Shown here: in pieces, positions 16,969-27,033 of the stretch | How positions within the stretch are numbered: position 1 is the stretch's first letter | How the letters are laid out: each line of letters opens with the position of its first letter | DNA from: Chloroflexota bacterium | GTDB lineage: Bacteria; Chloroflexota; UBA11872; UBA12225; JAJDUF01 | Reading direction: 5' to 3' | Length of the DNA: 64,000 nt | Assembly: GCA_965214295.1 (NCBI GenBank) | Contig: OZ243944.1 | Span: 75,693-139,692 of the forward strand | Program-made: the position numbers and the translations under genes | Notes under the pieces: model-generated | What the model was told of the DNA's origin: nothing | Database searches by the model: none | The model's input: the letters and a program-made list of their open reading frames with translations, nothing else

Positions 16969-17457
16969 TCAGCGGAAGCGGCGCTTGAGGATGCGGACCA
17001 CCGCTTTGTGCTCGTTGGCCGGAATGTGCAGCGTGTGCGGTCGGTTACCCTTGCGCGGCGTCAAGACGATCCGGTTGCCACGGGTATCGAAGCGGCGGAA
17101 CTCGCGCCAGAGGCGCGGTGCAGTGTTATTGATCGCCACCCCACGGTCGGTCAGAATATAGCGCATGGGCAAGGCGAGCACGAGGAGCGCACCGGCGAGG
17201 GCGATATACTCGGTACCGGGCAGGTAGTAGCCTTGGCCGAGGACATAGCGCTCGATCTGTCCCAAGGCGACATACGCGGTCAGCAGCAGCAGCAGTCCCC
17301 GCAGCACCAGGAGACGGCGCAACGGGGACAGCCGGGTTTCGTAGAGGATGCTGCCGGACCGACGAGAACCGAAAGGGAACCAGACGCGGAGCAGCATTAA
17401 TGAGAGCAGGAGGCTGACAAAGCTACTACCGAGCAGTTCGAGCCAGTTGTCGGGCAT
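16969..17457 (-). CDS. Membrane hypothetical protein (PH-like C-terminus)
   Basis: 3' part of the long ORF from MPDNWLE; three TM segments then Y.LTDRGV.IN. Confidence 0.7.
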   Translation of the reverse strand: MPDNWLELLGSSFVSLLLSLMLLRVWFPFGSRRSGSILYETRLSPLRRLLVLRGLLLLLTAYVALGQIERYVLGQGYYLPGTEYIALAGALLVLALPMRYILTDRGVAINNTAPRLWREFRRFDTRGNRIVLTPRKGNRPHTLHIPANEHKAVVRILKRRFR

Positions 17458-17646
17458 GCGGGTTGCTCCCGTGGCTGGTGCTCGGATGCTAACACACGAC
17501 GACCGGGGCGACAATGGCCGGCAACCGACGCTCGTCCGCTGCCGGGCACAGGGCGGTGGGGGACGGAGTGCAGCGTAGCCGGTGATATACTCATACGGAG
17601 ACGCCGGGCGTGGAGTGCCGGGGTTGGCAGCGGGGAGGAATCGGGT

Positions 17647-18399
17647 ATGGCTGGTCATTCCAAATGGGCACAGATCAAACGTCAGAAGGCCGGCAACGAC
17701 GCCAAGCGCGGCCAGCTGTTCACCAAACTGGGCCGGGAGATCGAGATCGCCGCGCGCGGGGGTGGTGGTGATCCCGCGACGAACGTCCGGCTGCGTTTTG
17801 CCATCCAGCGTGCCCGGAGCTTCAATATGCCGGCCGATAATATCGAGCGGGCCACCAAGCGCGGTATTGGCGAGACCGACGACGCCGTGCAGTATAACGA
17901 GATCACTTACGAAGGGTATGCCCCTGGGGGCGCGGCCCTCTATATCGAGGTCGTGACCGACAACCGCAACCGGGCAGTGGCCGAAGTGCGGAGTGTGCTG
18001 ACCCGCGCCGGTGGGAGCCTCGGTGAGTCCGGGTGCGTGGCGTGGAATTTCGACCAGCGCGGGGTCCTGATCGGGTCGCTGACCCCGGAGCAGGATGCCG
18101 ACGAGCTGTCGCTGGCGGCAATTGACGCCGGTGCCCTCGACATCATGCAGGACAACGGCACGCTGGAGGTCCACACCGCGCCGACGGACCTGGAGGCCGG
18201 TAAGCAAGCGTTGGAGGCCGAGGGGTTAGCGGTGACCGAGGCCGAGGTGACCTTCATTCCCAAGAGCACGGTCAAGCTGGAGTCGCGGCAGACCGAGCGG
18301 GTAATGCGGCTGATCGAGCAGCTCGAAGAGTTCGATGACGTGCAGCGGATCCACACCAACCTCGACATTGCCGAAGCCCCGGTTACCGCAGCGGCCTAG
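17647..18399 (+). CDS. yebC: YebC/PmpR family protein
   Basis: [29 protein letters not shown]. Confidence 0.96.
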   Translation: MAGHSKWAQIKRQKAGNDAKRGQLFTKLGREIEIAARGGGGDPATNVRLRFAIQRARSFNMPADNIERATKRGIGETDDAVQYNEITYEGYAPGGAALYIEVVTDNRNRAVAEVRSVLTRAGGSLGESGCVAWNFDQRGVLIGSLTPEQDADELSLAAIDAGALDIMQDNGTLEVHTAPTDLEAGKQALEAEGLAVTEAEVTFIPKSTVKLESRQTERVMRLIEQLEEFDDVQRIHTNLDIAEAPVTAAA

Positions 18400-18427
18400 C
18401 CTCGGTCGGCACATCCGTTCCGGTAGC

Positions 18428-18979
18428 ATGAATACGATGAACGTGGAGCCTGCGGCCGTTATTCCCCTCGACGGTGCCGATGACGAGCAGACCACCGTCC
18501 TCGGCATAGACCCCGGGACGGCCAACATGGGCTATGGTGTCGTCCGGGGGAACGTCGAGTACGAGCTACTGGATTTCGGCTGCTTGACGACCGCCGCCGA
18601 TCAGCCACCGGAGCGACGCCTCCTCACCTTGTACCGAGGCTTGCTGGCGCTCGTCGAGCGGCACCAACCGCAGGTCGTCGCGGTGGAGCGCCTGTTTTTC
18701 AGTCGCAACGTGAAGACGGCGCTGGCCGTCGGGCAGGCCCGCGGGGTGGTCCTCCTCGCCGCAGCGAGTAGCGATGTGCCGGTTGTGGAGTACACGCCGC
18801 TGGAAGTCAAGCAGGCCGTGACGGGCTTTGGGCGCGCCGATAAGAACCAGGTCCAGCGGATGGTGCAGGCGCTGTTCCGGCTCCCGGCGCCGCCCCGCCC
18901 GGACGACGCGGCCGACGCGCTCGCGGTCGCCGTGTGTCACCTCCACGCGGCACCCGCCCGGCGCTGGGGGCTGCGGTAG
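18428..18979 (+). CDS. ruvC: Holliday junction resolvase RuvC
   Basis: [29 protein letters not shown]. Confidence 0.96.
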   Translation: MNTMNVEPAAVIPLDGADDEQTTVLGIDPGTANMGYGVVRGNVEYELLDFGCLTTAADQPPERRLLTLYRGLLALVERHQPQVVAVERLFFSRNVKTALAVGQARGVVLLAAASSDVPVVEYTPLEVKQAVTGFGRADKNQVQRMVQALFRLPAPPRPDDAADALAVAVCHLHAAPARRWGLR

Positions 18980-19554
18980 TGATCGACTTTGTCCACGGCA
19001 CGCTGGAGCGGGTCGGATCGGACTTTGCCGTCCTCCACGTCGGCGGGGTCGGTCTACGGATCTACGTCCCCGCCGGCACCCTCGCGGCGCTGCCGGCACC
19101 CGGCGAAACCGTGCGCCTGCACACACACCTCTATGTGCGAGAGGAGGTGCTGGCCCTGTATGGGTTCGCGGAAAGTGCCGAGCTTTCGCTGTTCGAGCTA
19201 CTGCTGACGGTCAGCGGCATCGGCCCACGCCTCGCCCTGGCCATTCTGTCCACCGCGCCGCCGGAGCGCCTAGCCCAGGAGATCGCCAACGGCGAGGATA
19301 CGCTGCTGCTGCGCGTGCCCGGGGTGGGGCGCCGGACAGCCGCCCGGCTCATCCTCGAGCTGAAGAACAAGGTGGACGCGGTACCATTGCCGGTAGGACC
19401 GGGCGAGGGCGAGCTGCTGGAAGCCTTGGCGGCGCTGGGGTACTCTGCGGTAGAAGCGCAAATGGCGGTGCGGGCGCTTCCGCGAGATGACTCGCTGACG
19501 CAAGAGGATCGGCTGCGCCTGGCCTTGGCAGAGCTAGCGCCACAAAGTGACTGA
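18979..19554 (+). CDS. ruvA: Holliday junction branch migration protein RuvA
   Basis: THLYVRE, LYGF, VSGIGPRLA, VPGVGRRTA.RLILELK. Confidence 0.95.
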   Translation: MIDFVHGTLERVGSDFAVLHVGGVGLRIYVPAGTLAALPAPGETVRLHTHLYVREEVLALYGFAESAELSLFELLLTVSGIGPRLALAILSTAPPERLAQEIANGEDTLLLRVPGVGRRTAARLILELKNKVDAVPLPVGPGEGELLEALAALGYSAVEAQMAVRALPRDDSLTQEDRLRLALAELAPQSD

Positions 19555-19595
19555 ACGGCTACGAGCACCTGCGAGCCGCTGACTGCGGATAAATC

Positions 19596-20639
19596 ATGAG
19601 CGAGCGTCTCACCGGGCCAGACATGCAGGCGGGGGATGCGGCGCTGGACCTCAGCCTGCGCCCGCAGCGGTTGGACGACGACGAGTTCGTCAATCAGGTG
19701 CGGGTGAAGGAGCAGCTACGCATCTCCATCGAGGCGGCGCGCCACCGCGGAGAGCCGCTCGATCACGTCCTGCTGCACGGGGCGGCGGGCCTTGGCAAAA
19801 CCACGCTGGCGAACATCATCGCCAACGAGCTGGGGGTGCGGATCAGAACCACCGCCGGACCGGCCATCGAGCGGCAAGGCGATCTGGCCGCTATCGCGAC
19901 GAACATGCGCCGCGGTGACGTGTTCTTCATTGACGAGATTCACCGTCTCAATCGGATCGTCGAGGAGGTGCTGTACCCGGTCATGGAGGACTTCACGCTC
20001 GACGTGGTGATCGGGAAAGGGCCGGCAGCGAAGACGATGCGGCTGCCACTTCCCCCGTTCACGATCATTGGCGCCACCACCCGCGTGTCGCTGCTGACGG
20101 CGCCGCTACGGGATCGGTTCGGGCTGGTCTTCCGGCTGGACTTCTACGATGAGGAGGCGATGGCGCAGATCGTGACCCGCTCGGCCGGAATCTTGGGCGT
20201 GCCGATAGCAGCCGGTGGCGCGCTGGAGATTGCCCGTCGCTCGCGCCGCACGCCGCGCGTCGCCAACCGGCTGCTCAAGCGGGTGCGCGACTACGCCCAG
20301 GTCCGCGCCGACGGCTCGATCACGGTGGCCGTAGCGCGTGACGCGCTGGCGATGCTCGAAGTTGACGCGCAAGGCCTCGATGAGGTGGATCGTCTCATTC
20401 TCAGGACGATCCTGATGAAGTTCGGTGGCGGCCCGGTGGGGCTGGATACGATTGCGGCAGCAGTCGGCGAGGAGAGCGAAACGATCCAGGATGTCTACGA
20501 GCCGTACTTGATCCAGCTGGGCTACCTCCAACCTACCCGCCAGGGCCGGCTGGCGACGCCGCTGGCGGCCCGGCACCTCGGACTGCCGCATCCCACCGAC
20601 GGCGCCGACGAGTCACCGCGGCAGGGCTGGCTGCTGTAA
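19596..20639 (+). CDS. ruvB: Holliday junction helicase RuvB
   Basis: [38 protein letters not shown]. Confidence 0.97.
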   Translation: MSERLTGPDMQAGDAALDLSLRPQRLDDDEFVNQVRVKEQLRISIEAARHRGEPLDHVLLHGAAGLGKTTLANIIANELGVRIRTTAGPAIERQGDLAAIATNMRRGDVFFIDEIHRLNRIVEEVLYPVMEDFTLDVVIGKGPAAKTMRLPLPPFTIIGATTRVSLLTAPLRDRFGLVFRLDFYDEEAMAQIVTRSAGILGVPIAAGGALEIARRSRRTPRVANRLLKRVRDYAQVRADGSITVAVARDALAMLEVDAQGLDEVDRLILRTILMKFGGGPVGLDTIAAAVGEESETIQDVYEPYLIQLGYLQPTRQGRLATPLAARHLGLPHPTDGADESPRQGWLL

Positions 20640-20641
20640 CC

Positions 20642-20799
20642 GAGGGCCTTTCCAAAGTCGCCGCCAAACCGGTCATTCTGAGCGGAGCGAAGAATCTCGG
20701 CCACGGGAGAGTGACCCTTCACTCCGCTCAGAGCCTGCACTGAGCCTGTCGAAGTGGTGACACAGTGGTGACACAGTGGTGACACATGGAAAGACCCTG
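20642..20799. mobile_element. MITE copy 1
   Basis: TIR GAGGGCCTTTCCA...TGGAAAGACCCTG; flanks GCTGTAACC/GCTGTAATC; inverted homolog at 33756-33890. Confidence 0.8.
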
Positions 20800-20854
20800 G
20801 CTGTAATCCATGTGACCTCCGGTATCTCCTCCGCAATGCAGTAAGCTGAAAAAG

Positions 20855-22081
20855 ATGGTACGCACGGCCGCCTTCGACTACGCTCTTCCGCCGGCCCTGA
20901 TTGCCCAAGCGCCGGTCACGCCCCGCGACTCGTCCCGGCTGCTGGTAATCCACCGCGAGAGCGCCGCGCGTCGTTTCGAGCACCGCCGCTTCACCGACAT
21001 CGGTGACTATCTCCGAGCCGGCGATCTGCTGGTCGCTAACGACACACGGGTCATCCCCGGCCGCCTCTGGGCGCAGCGGCCCGGCGGCGCCGGTGTCGAG
21101 CTACTCCTGCTGCGACCCGTGCGCGCGGGGTGGTGGGAGGCCCTGGCGCGCCCGGCGCGGCGGTTGCGCGCCGGCACCACCCTCACGCTGATCGAGCCAC
21201 CGGGCCGCGCGGCCGGGGAGCGTCGCCCGGAAGATGGGCTGGGCCGAGCCACCCCCTCTGAGCAGCCGCCCGACTCGCGGATCGAGGTCGGCGCGCGCAC
21301 GGCCACCGGTGGCATGCTGGTGCGTCCGCTGGCGGCGCCGAACGCAGTGCTGGCGCATTACGGGCAGGTTCCGCTCCCGCCTTATATCCAGCGTCCGCTA
21401 ACCGACGCGGCACGGTATCAGACGATCTACGGCCAGCACGAGGGATCGGCCGCGGCGCCGACCGCCGGCTTGCACTTCACGCCGCGGCTACTCGACCGCC
21501 TCCGAGCCAAGCAGGTGGGGTTGGCGTTCGTCACGCTGCACATCGGGCTGGACACGTTCCGTCCGATTCGCACCGAGACGGTAGAAACCCATCGGATGCA
21601 CGCAGAGTACGTCGCGCTCGATGCGGAGACGGCAGCGGCGATCAACGCCGCGCGCGCCGCCGGGCGGCGGGTGATTGCCGTCGGGACAACGGCGGTACGG
21701 ACGCTGGAGGCCGCGGCGCTGGCGGCAGCCGGTGGCCCACCGCTGGCCAGCAGCCCCCAGGAAGCCCGCACGCTGGCCGCCGAGCCGCCGGAGCTTGGGA
21801 CCACCACCTCCGCGGCGCCGGCCCACGCTCCGGGGAGCTTGGAGCGTAGCGCACCCCTCGGCTTGTCGGCGACGAGCGGCTGGACGGCACTCTACATCAC
21901 ACCGGGGCATCAATTCCGGGTCGTAGATGCCCTCATCACCAACTTTCACTTACCCCGCTCGACCCTGCTCGTCTTGGTCGCGGCATTTGTCGACCGCGCA
22001 CTACTTTTCGACGCCTACCAAGAGGCGCTGCGCCTCCGCTACCGCTTTTTCAGCTTCGGCGATGCCATGCTGATCGTGTAG
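20855..22081 (+). CDS. queA: S-adenosylmethionine:tRNA ribosyltransferase-isomerase QueA
   Basis: FDY.LP..LIAQ.P, NDTRVIP.R, PLPPYI, AAPTAGLHF, TNFHLPRSTL, FFSFGDAM. Confidence 0.96.
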   Translation: MVRTAAFDYALPPALIAQAPVTPRDSSRLLVIHRESAARRFEHRRFTDIGDYLRAGDLLVANDTRVIPGRLWAQRPGGAGVELLLLRPVRAGWWEALARPARRLRAGTTLTLIEPPGRAAGERRPEDGLGRATPSEQPPDSRIEVGARTATGGMLVRPLAAPNAVLAHYGQVPLPPYIQRPLTDAARYQTIYGQHEGSAAAPTAGLHFTPRLLDRLRAKQVGLAFVTLHIGLDTFRPIRTETVETHRMHAEYVALDAETAAAINAARAAGRRVIAVGTTAVRTLEAAALAAAGGPPLASSPQEARTLAAEPPELGTTTSAAPAHAPGSLERSAPLGLSATSGWTALYITPGHQFRVVDALITNFHLPRSTLLVLVAAFVDRALLFDAYQEALRLRYRFFSFGDAMLIV

Positions 22082-22137
22082 CCAGCCCACCATCTCCAAT
22101 CAGCCACAGAGAGCACAGCGTAAGTACGTGCCGCGTC

Positions 22138-22235
22138 GTAGGGGCACGATTCATCGCGCCCAGGTGGTTCCCATTCCGGCCTAGGCCGGAATCCAGAAGG
22201 CCGCGGCCTGGACTCCGGCGCAAGCCGCAGTGATG
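22138..22235. repeat. GTAG-type REP / palindrome cluster (similar clusters near 28497-28630, 35928-36015, 54077-54180)
   Basis: GTAGGGGC..GAT..ATC.CGCC and GGATTCCGGC..GCCG.AATGAC units recur between genes. Confidence 0.7.
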
Positions 22236-22310
22236 AGGTGGGGACCTCAGACTCCCCCTCTCCCCTGACCACTAGCCACTGGTCAGAGAGGCCCAGGGGT
22301 GAAGCATGGC

Positions 22311-24365
22311 TTACGGCGCCGTGCGGTAGAGGTAGCGGATATCCCACAGCCCATACAGGGTGGGCGTCGTGTTGCCGAAGATATTGCGGACGGCCGTCAG
22401 CCGCTCGGAGAGGGTGGTGTAGACGACCGGCACATGCTCGGCAGCGATTTCCTGGGCGCGGTGATAGTACGCCACACGCTTGTCCCGATCCGGCTCCTGG
22501 CTGCCCATGACGTACAGATCGTCAATCTCCGCTTCCCATTCCGTCGCCGGCTGCGGCTGGTTCGGGTACCACAGGTGCAGGTCCTCACTGCTGTGCCAGA
22601 AACCGATGCCGCTATAGGGGTCCGTTCCGCCGGTGAAGCCGATGATTACGGTCTCCCAGTCATAGGTGCTGGTCAGCTGGGAGACAAGCTCGCCGAAATC
22701 GATCAGCGTGTAGTCTGCCTCGATGCCGATCTCCTTGAGACCCTGCTGAATGATCCTACCGGCCTGTTCGCGCACGCTGTTGTCCGTATTCGTCACCAGC
22801 GAGAACTCGATCTTGCGACCCGCACCGTCCTCGCGGATTCCATCCCCGTCGGTATCCTTCCAGCCGATACCGTCGAGGATTGCATTGGCCTTGGCGAGGT
22901 CATATTCGTACCTACGGACGTTCGGGTTATGGAAATCACCCGCGGCCGGGCTGATGGAGGCCCATTGCGGGTAGCCAAGTCCGTGCAGGACATCGTTGAT
23001 GATCGCGTCCTTGTCGATACTGTGCGCGACGGCTTGGCGGAGTTGCTTGTTGCGGAACCACTCCAGCTTCTCTGGGGCGAGGTAGAGCGCCCCCGTCTCC
23101 GGGTTCGTGCCGGGGTTCATATTGAAGCCCAGGAACGTCGTCCCGAAAGCGGGGCCGCGCTTGTAGATCGTGAAGTTTCCTTCCGCCTCCAGCGGCTTGA
23201 GGCCGGCATACTCCTCACCCAAGACACCATGCACGTCCACCTCCCTCGCCTGGAACTTGGCAAGCTCAGTCGCCAGGTCCGGGACGAGCAGGAAAGTGAT
23301 CGTATCCAGGTATGGCAAGCGGTTGCCGGCAGCGTCCCTAAGCCAGTAGCTCGGGTTGCGCCGCAGGACTATGCGGTCGCCGGGGTCGTAGCGTTCGATG
23401 GTGAAGGGCCCGGTGCCAATGATCTCGGCCGGGTCCGTGTCAAGGCTCCACGTGGCAGCAAACGTGCCGTCGTCTACGTGCTGCTCCAGGAGGTGCTTGG
23501 GGTAGATCGTGGTGCCCATGGAGCGAAGGAAGGGGGCAAAGGGCACCGGCAGCACGACCCGGACGGTGTAGTCATCGAGCGCCGCGACGGTCATCCGCGC
23601 TTCTTGCCACTGGCCGCTCTCCTCGTCCCGAAACCGGAAGTTGAATGACGAACGACTGCTGGCGGGGATGTCATCGTTGTAGATGATCCGGTTGAAGGTG
23701 AAGTCCACATCCTGGGCGGTGAAAGGTTGCCCGTCGTGCCACTGCACATCCCGACGCAGGTGGAAGGTCCAGGTCAGACCGTCATCCGAACGTTCCCAAG
23801 ACTCGGCTAGTGTCGGCTCGACCCGGTTCGTGAGCCATGAGGTTTCGGTCAAGCCCTCGAAGAGGTACCCCAGGTACGACGACGACCCGGCGTCGTTGGC
23901 CAGGGCCAAGTTGAAGGTCAGCGGCTCGGAGATGGTCGCATAGGTCAGCGTCCCTCCCGACTGCCCAATGGCGTACTCGAACGACTCGGCATTTCTTCTC
24001 AGCCGAGTGACGATGGTGCTCTCCGGCGGGCGTTCCCAATCGAACCGCTCGGTGTTGAGGCGGAATTGCAGACCATACGGCCCGTTGAGCCAGGTGCGAT
24101 AGCCGTCGGTGAAAGCCGTCCGGTTATCGGCCTTGCTCCACGCCAGGAGGCCACCGGTGGTCCGCTGCAGCGCCTCCCCACGCTCCGGGGCGAACCACTC
24201 GTTCTCCAAGCAGGTGCCGGCCTTGTCCGGTCCCTCGGCAGCGTCAATCAGCGTCTTGAGCGTCTTGAACCCCAGGACAAACTCGCATTCGGCTGCCGCT
24301 GCCGTCGGCACCGCGAGCAGAGCGAGCAAGCCGGCAATGAAAAGGGCAACGAACCTGTGTCTCAC
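22311..24365 (-). CDS. ABC transporter substrate-binding protein (family 5, peptide/nickel)
   Basis: Signal peptide, CEFVLGFK N-domain, LAESWE.S.DG.TWTFHLR..V.WHDG.PFTA.DV. Confidence 0.92.
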   Translation of the reverse strand: MRHRFVALFIAGLLALLAVPTAAAAECEFVLGFKTLKTLIDAAEGPDKAGTCLENEWFAPERGEALQRTTGGLLAWSKADNRTAFTDGYRTWLNGPYGLQFRLNTERFDWERPPESTIVTRLRRNAESFEYAIGQSGGTLTYATISEPLTFNLALANDAGSSSYLGYLFEGLTETSWLTNRVEPTLAESWERSDDGLTWTFHLRRDVQWHDGQPFTAQDVDFTFNRIIYNDDIPASSRSSFNFRFRDEESGQWQEARMTVAALDDYTVRVVLPVPFAPFLRSMGTTIYPKHLLEQHVDDGTFAATWSLDTDPAEIIGTGPFTIERYDPGDRIVLRRNPSYWLRDAAGNRLPYLDTITFLLVPDLATELAKFQAREVDVHGVLGEEYAGLKPLEAEGNFTIYKRGPAFGTTFLGFNMNPGTNPETGALYLAPEKLEWFRNKQLRQAVAHSIDKDAIINDVLHGLGYPQWASISPAAGDFHNPNVRRYEYDLAKANAILDGIGWKDTDGDGIREDGAGRKIEFSLVTNTDNSVREQAGRIIQQGLKEIGIEADYTLIDFGELVSQLTSTYDWETVIIGFTGGTDPYSGIGFWHSSEDLHLWYPNQPQPATEWEAEIDDLYVMGSQEPDRDKRVAYYHRAQEIAAEHVPVVYTTLSERLTAVRNIFGNTTPTLYGLWDIRYLYRTAP

Positions 24366-24713
24366 GATAGCTCCTCTTATGACAGCTCCAAGCGTAGCGC
24401 CTACTACCTACCCCATAAATATCGCAGTTTTTCGTCGCTGTCGCTATTGTCGAGCCGGCTCGCCCGCGCCGCACCCCCTGCCACCATCATCAACACACCC
24501 CTCTCTCGCTTGGCGATGGAGCGGGGGCCGGGTGACGGACCAAAGCCGCACCACTCGCGGGCCAAAACTCCGGCCTTGCTGGACAGACAGCGGGGGCCTG
24601 CGACCGCCGGAGTTTTGGCCCGCGACCCCTGGCACCATCCGTGCGGCTTTGGTCCGTCAAGGAGGTGAGGCGCGTACCCACGAGCAGGTTGCAGCCTAAG
24701 CGTCGTATCCTGG

Positions 24714-24742
24714 TTGACGGTCCGTGAATACCGTGCTATAGT
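24714..24742 (+). promoter_or_regulatory. Sigma70-type promoter
   Basis: TTGACG-17-TATAGT with TG extension. Confidence 0.75.
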
Positions 24743-24788
24743 CACTCCGCAAGCACACGCTGGTGCTTTAAAACTGCATACAGTAACA

Positions 24789-24898
24789 CTCTTATCCAGA
24801 GAGGTGGAGGGAACCGGCCCTAAGAAGCCCGGCAACCAGTCCGCTCGGCGCGGACCAGGTGCCAACTCCGGCAGCGGTGTTTCGCTGCAAGATAAGGG
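24789..24898 (+). ncRNA. SAM-I (S-box) riboswitch
   Basis: CTTATCCAGAG-GGTGGAGGGA-GGCCC-GAAGCCCGGCAACC...GGTGCCAACTCC...GATAAG consensus. Confidence 0.94.
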
Positions 24899-24920
24899 AG
24901 GCTGTACCACTGCTACGGTG

Positions 24921-24956
24921 AGGCCCCTCGTCTGGAGACGGGGGGCTTTTGCTTTT
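24921..24956 (+). terminator. Riboswitch expression-platform terminator
   Basis: AGGCCCCTCGTCT-GG-AGACGGGGGGCTTTT. Confidence 0.8.
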
Positions 24957-25111
24957 GTGAAACGCATCCGCACCACTGACCAACGCTGGCCTGACCGGTG
25001 ACAAACGGGCGCTAGGCTGCCGCCACGGCCCTCTACCGCCCCGGTGGACAGAGTGGCGTGTCGCACCGGTGCCAGCACTGCTCAACTCTCGAAGTGAGGA
25101 TCACGATAGCT

Positions 25112-26392
25112 ATGGAAAATGGGCGTCTCGGTGGATTGCAATGTCGGGAATGTGGCAACACGTATCCCATTGAGCCAATCCACGTCTGTGACTTCTGCTT
25201 TGGCCCGCTCGACGTGACCTATGACTACCCGGCCCTCCGGCAAACGCTCTCCCGTGAGGCCATCGAGCGCGGGCCACTCTCGCTCTGGCGCTACTGGCCA
25301 CTCTTGCCGGTCGAGCGTCCCGGCGATGACGACGGCCATCGCGTGGGCTTCACGCCGCTCCAGCGCGCGCGCCAGCTGGGCCAGGCGCTGGGCCTGCGTA
25401 ATCTCTGGATCAAGAACGACAGCGTGAACCCCAGCTATTCCTTCAAGGATCGTGTGGTGGCGGTAGCGATCAGGAAGGCGCGCGAATTCGGCTTCGAGAC
25501 GTTTGCGTGCGCCTCGACCGGTAACCTCGCCGGCGCCGTGGCCGCCGCCGCCGCCCGCGAGGGCATGGCAGCCTACGTGTTCCTGCCCGGCGATACCGAG
25601 GCGAGCAAGCTAGTCCATGCGCGATCCTATGGCGCCCAGCTGATCGCGGTCAACGGCTCCTACGACGACGTCAATCGCCTCTGTAGCGAGCTGGCCGACA
25701 CCTACCCGTGGGCCTTCTGCAACATCAACATGCGACCCTACTACTCCGAAGGGAGTAAATCGCTGGCGTTCGAGGTCGCCGAGCAGCTGGGCTGGACCTT
25801 GCCCGATCACGTAGTCGCGCCGGTCGCCTCCGGCTCGCTCGTGACCAAGCTCTACAAAGGATTCGGTGAGCTACAGAAGGTCGGGCTGGTCGCCGAGGGC
25901 CAGGTCCGCATCTCGGCAGCCCAGGCGGAGGGCTGCGCGCCGGTCTCGGAAGCGTACTTGGCCGGCCGCGAGGCGGTACGGCCCGTGCGGCAGCCGCGCA
26001 CCATTGCCAAGTCGCTGGCTATCGGCAACCCGGCCGACGGCTACTACGTCATCCGTATTGTCAAGGATACGGGCGGGAGCATGACGATCAGCAGCGATGC
26101 GGATATCGCGGCGGCGATCAAGCTGCTGGCGGAGACCGAAGGTATCTTTACGGAAACGGCCGGTGGTGTCACGATCTCCAGCCTGAAGCAGCTCGCGGCC
26201 AGCGGCGTGGTGCAGCCCGACGAGTGTGTGGTGGCCTACATCACGGGCAACGGCCTCAAGACGTTGGAGGCCGTCGAAACTGTGGCGCGACAGCCCGTCT
26301 CCGTGGACTCGACCATCGGGTCGTTCGAGGCCACGCTCGGCCTCACACCGCCGCGCACGCCGGTCGGCGCCGAGCCGGCGCTGGTAGAGTAG
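25112..26392 (+). CDS. thrC: Threonine synthase-like PLP enzyme
   Basis: N-terminal Zn ribbon, NPSYSFKDR, ASTGN, EGSKS; may be a sulfur-inserting paralog. Confidence 0.85.
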   Translation: MENGRLGGLQCRECGNTYPIEPIHVCDFCFGPLDVTYDYPALRQTLSREAIERGPLSLWRYWPLLPVERPGDDDGHRVGFTPLQRARQLGQALGLRNLWIKNDSVNPSYSFKDRVVAVAIRKAREFGFETFACASTGNLAGAVAAAAAREGMAAYVFLPGDTEASKLVHARSYGAQLIAVNGSYDDVNRLCSELADTYPWAFCNINMRPYYSEGSKSLAFEVAEQLGWTLPDHVVAPVASGSLVTKLYKGFGELQKVGLVAEGQVRISAAQAEGCAPVSEAYLAGREAVRPVRQPRTIAKSLAIGNPADGYYVIRIVKDTGGSMTISSDADIAAAIKLLAETEGIFTETAGGVTISSLKQLAASGVVQPDECVVAYITGNGLKTLEAVETVARQPVSVDSTIGSFEATLGLTPPRTPVGAEPALVE

Positions 26393-26437
26393 CGCCGGTC
26401 GAGCGACGACGAGAACCTCGCAACAAAGGAGCGGTTG

Positions 26438-26713
26438 ATGGTAGTGACGGTGCGGATTCCTACTCCCCTGCGGCAGTTAGCGGGTGGCGCCGCCGCGGTG
26501 ACGGCCGAGGGCACGACGGTTGGCGGGGTGCTCGACGATATGGAGCGCCAGCATCCGGGATTCAAGGAGCGCCTTTTTGACGAGCAGGGCACGCTACGCC
26601 GGTTCGTCAACATCTACGTCGGTGGTGAGGACATCCGCTTCCTCGACGACCTCGACACCGCCCTGGAAGCCGGCCAAGAAGTGTCCATCGTCCCCGCCGT
26701 CGCCGGCGGCTGA
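26438..26713 (+). CDS. MoaD/ThiS/CysO family sulfur-carrier protein
   Basis: VRIPTPLR, FVNIYV..EDIRFL..LDT, C-terminal PAVAGG. Confidence 0.92.
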   Translation: MVVTVRIPTPLRQLAGGAAAVTAEGTTVGGVLDDMERQHPGFKERLFDEQGTLRRFVNIYVGGEDIRFLDDLDTALEAGQEVSIVPAVAGG

Positions 26714-27033
26714 CCGGCTTGACGGCCGCACAAGTCGTCCGGGGCGAGCAGCGCAGGACGACGCTTGCCACGCTGCTCGCTGAGTCGGTCGGGCGGCAGG
26801 TACGCCTGTACCCCATCGGCACGGCAAAGGCGTTGGCACTGGTGCTCCAGACAGCGGCCGGTTCCCGTCTATAACCACGGTGTAGACCGGGGATACTCCT
26901 ACGGCGCCGGATTACGGCTTCCGTTCACCTGACTACTAGCCACTAGCCACCGGCTACTGGCCAGCGGTATGATGTGGGTGTCTCGCACGGCACGGCTGGC
27001 GCTGTCGTATTAGGCGGCAAGAGGGGGTAGACG

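Noticed and set aside
17458-18207. 412-aa minus-strand ORF
   Set aside because: 5' part is the antisense shadow of yebC; only 16969-17457 is a credible gene.
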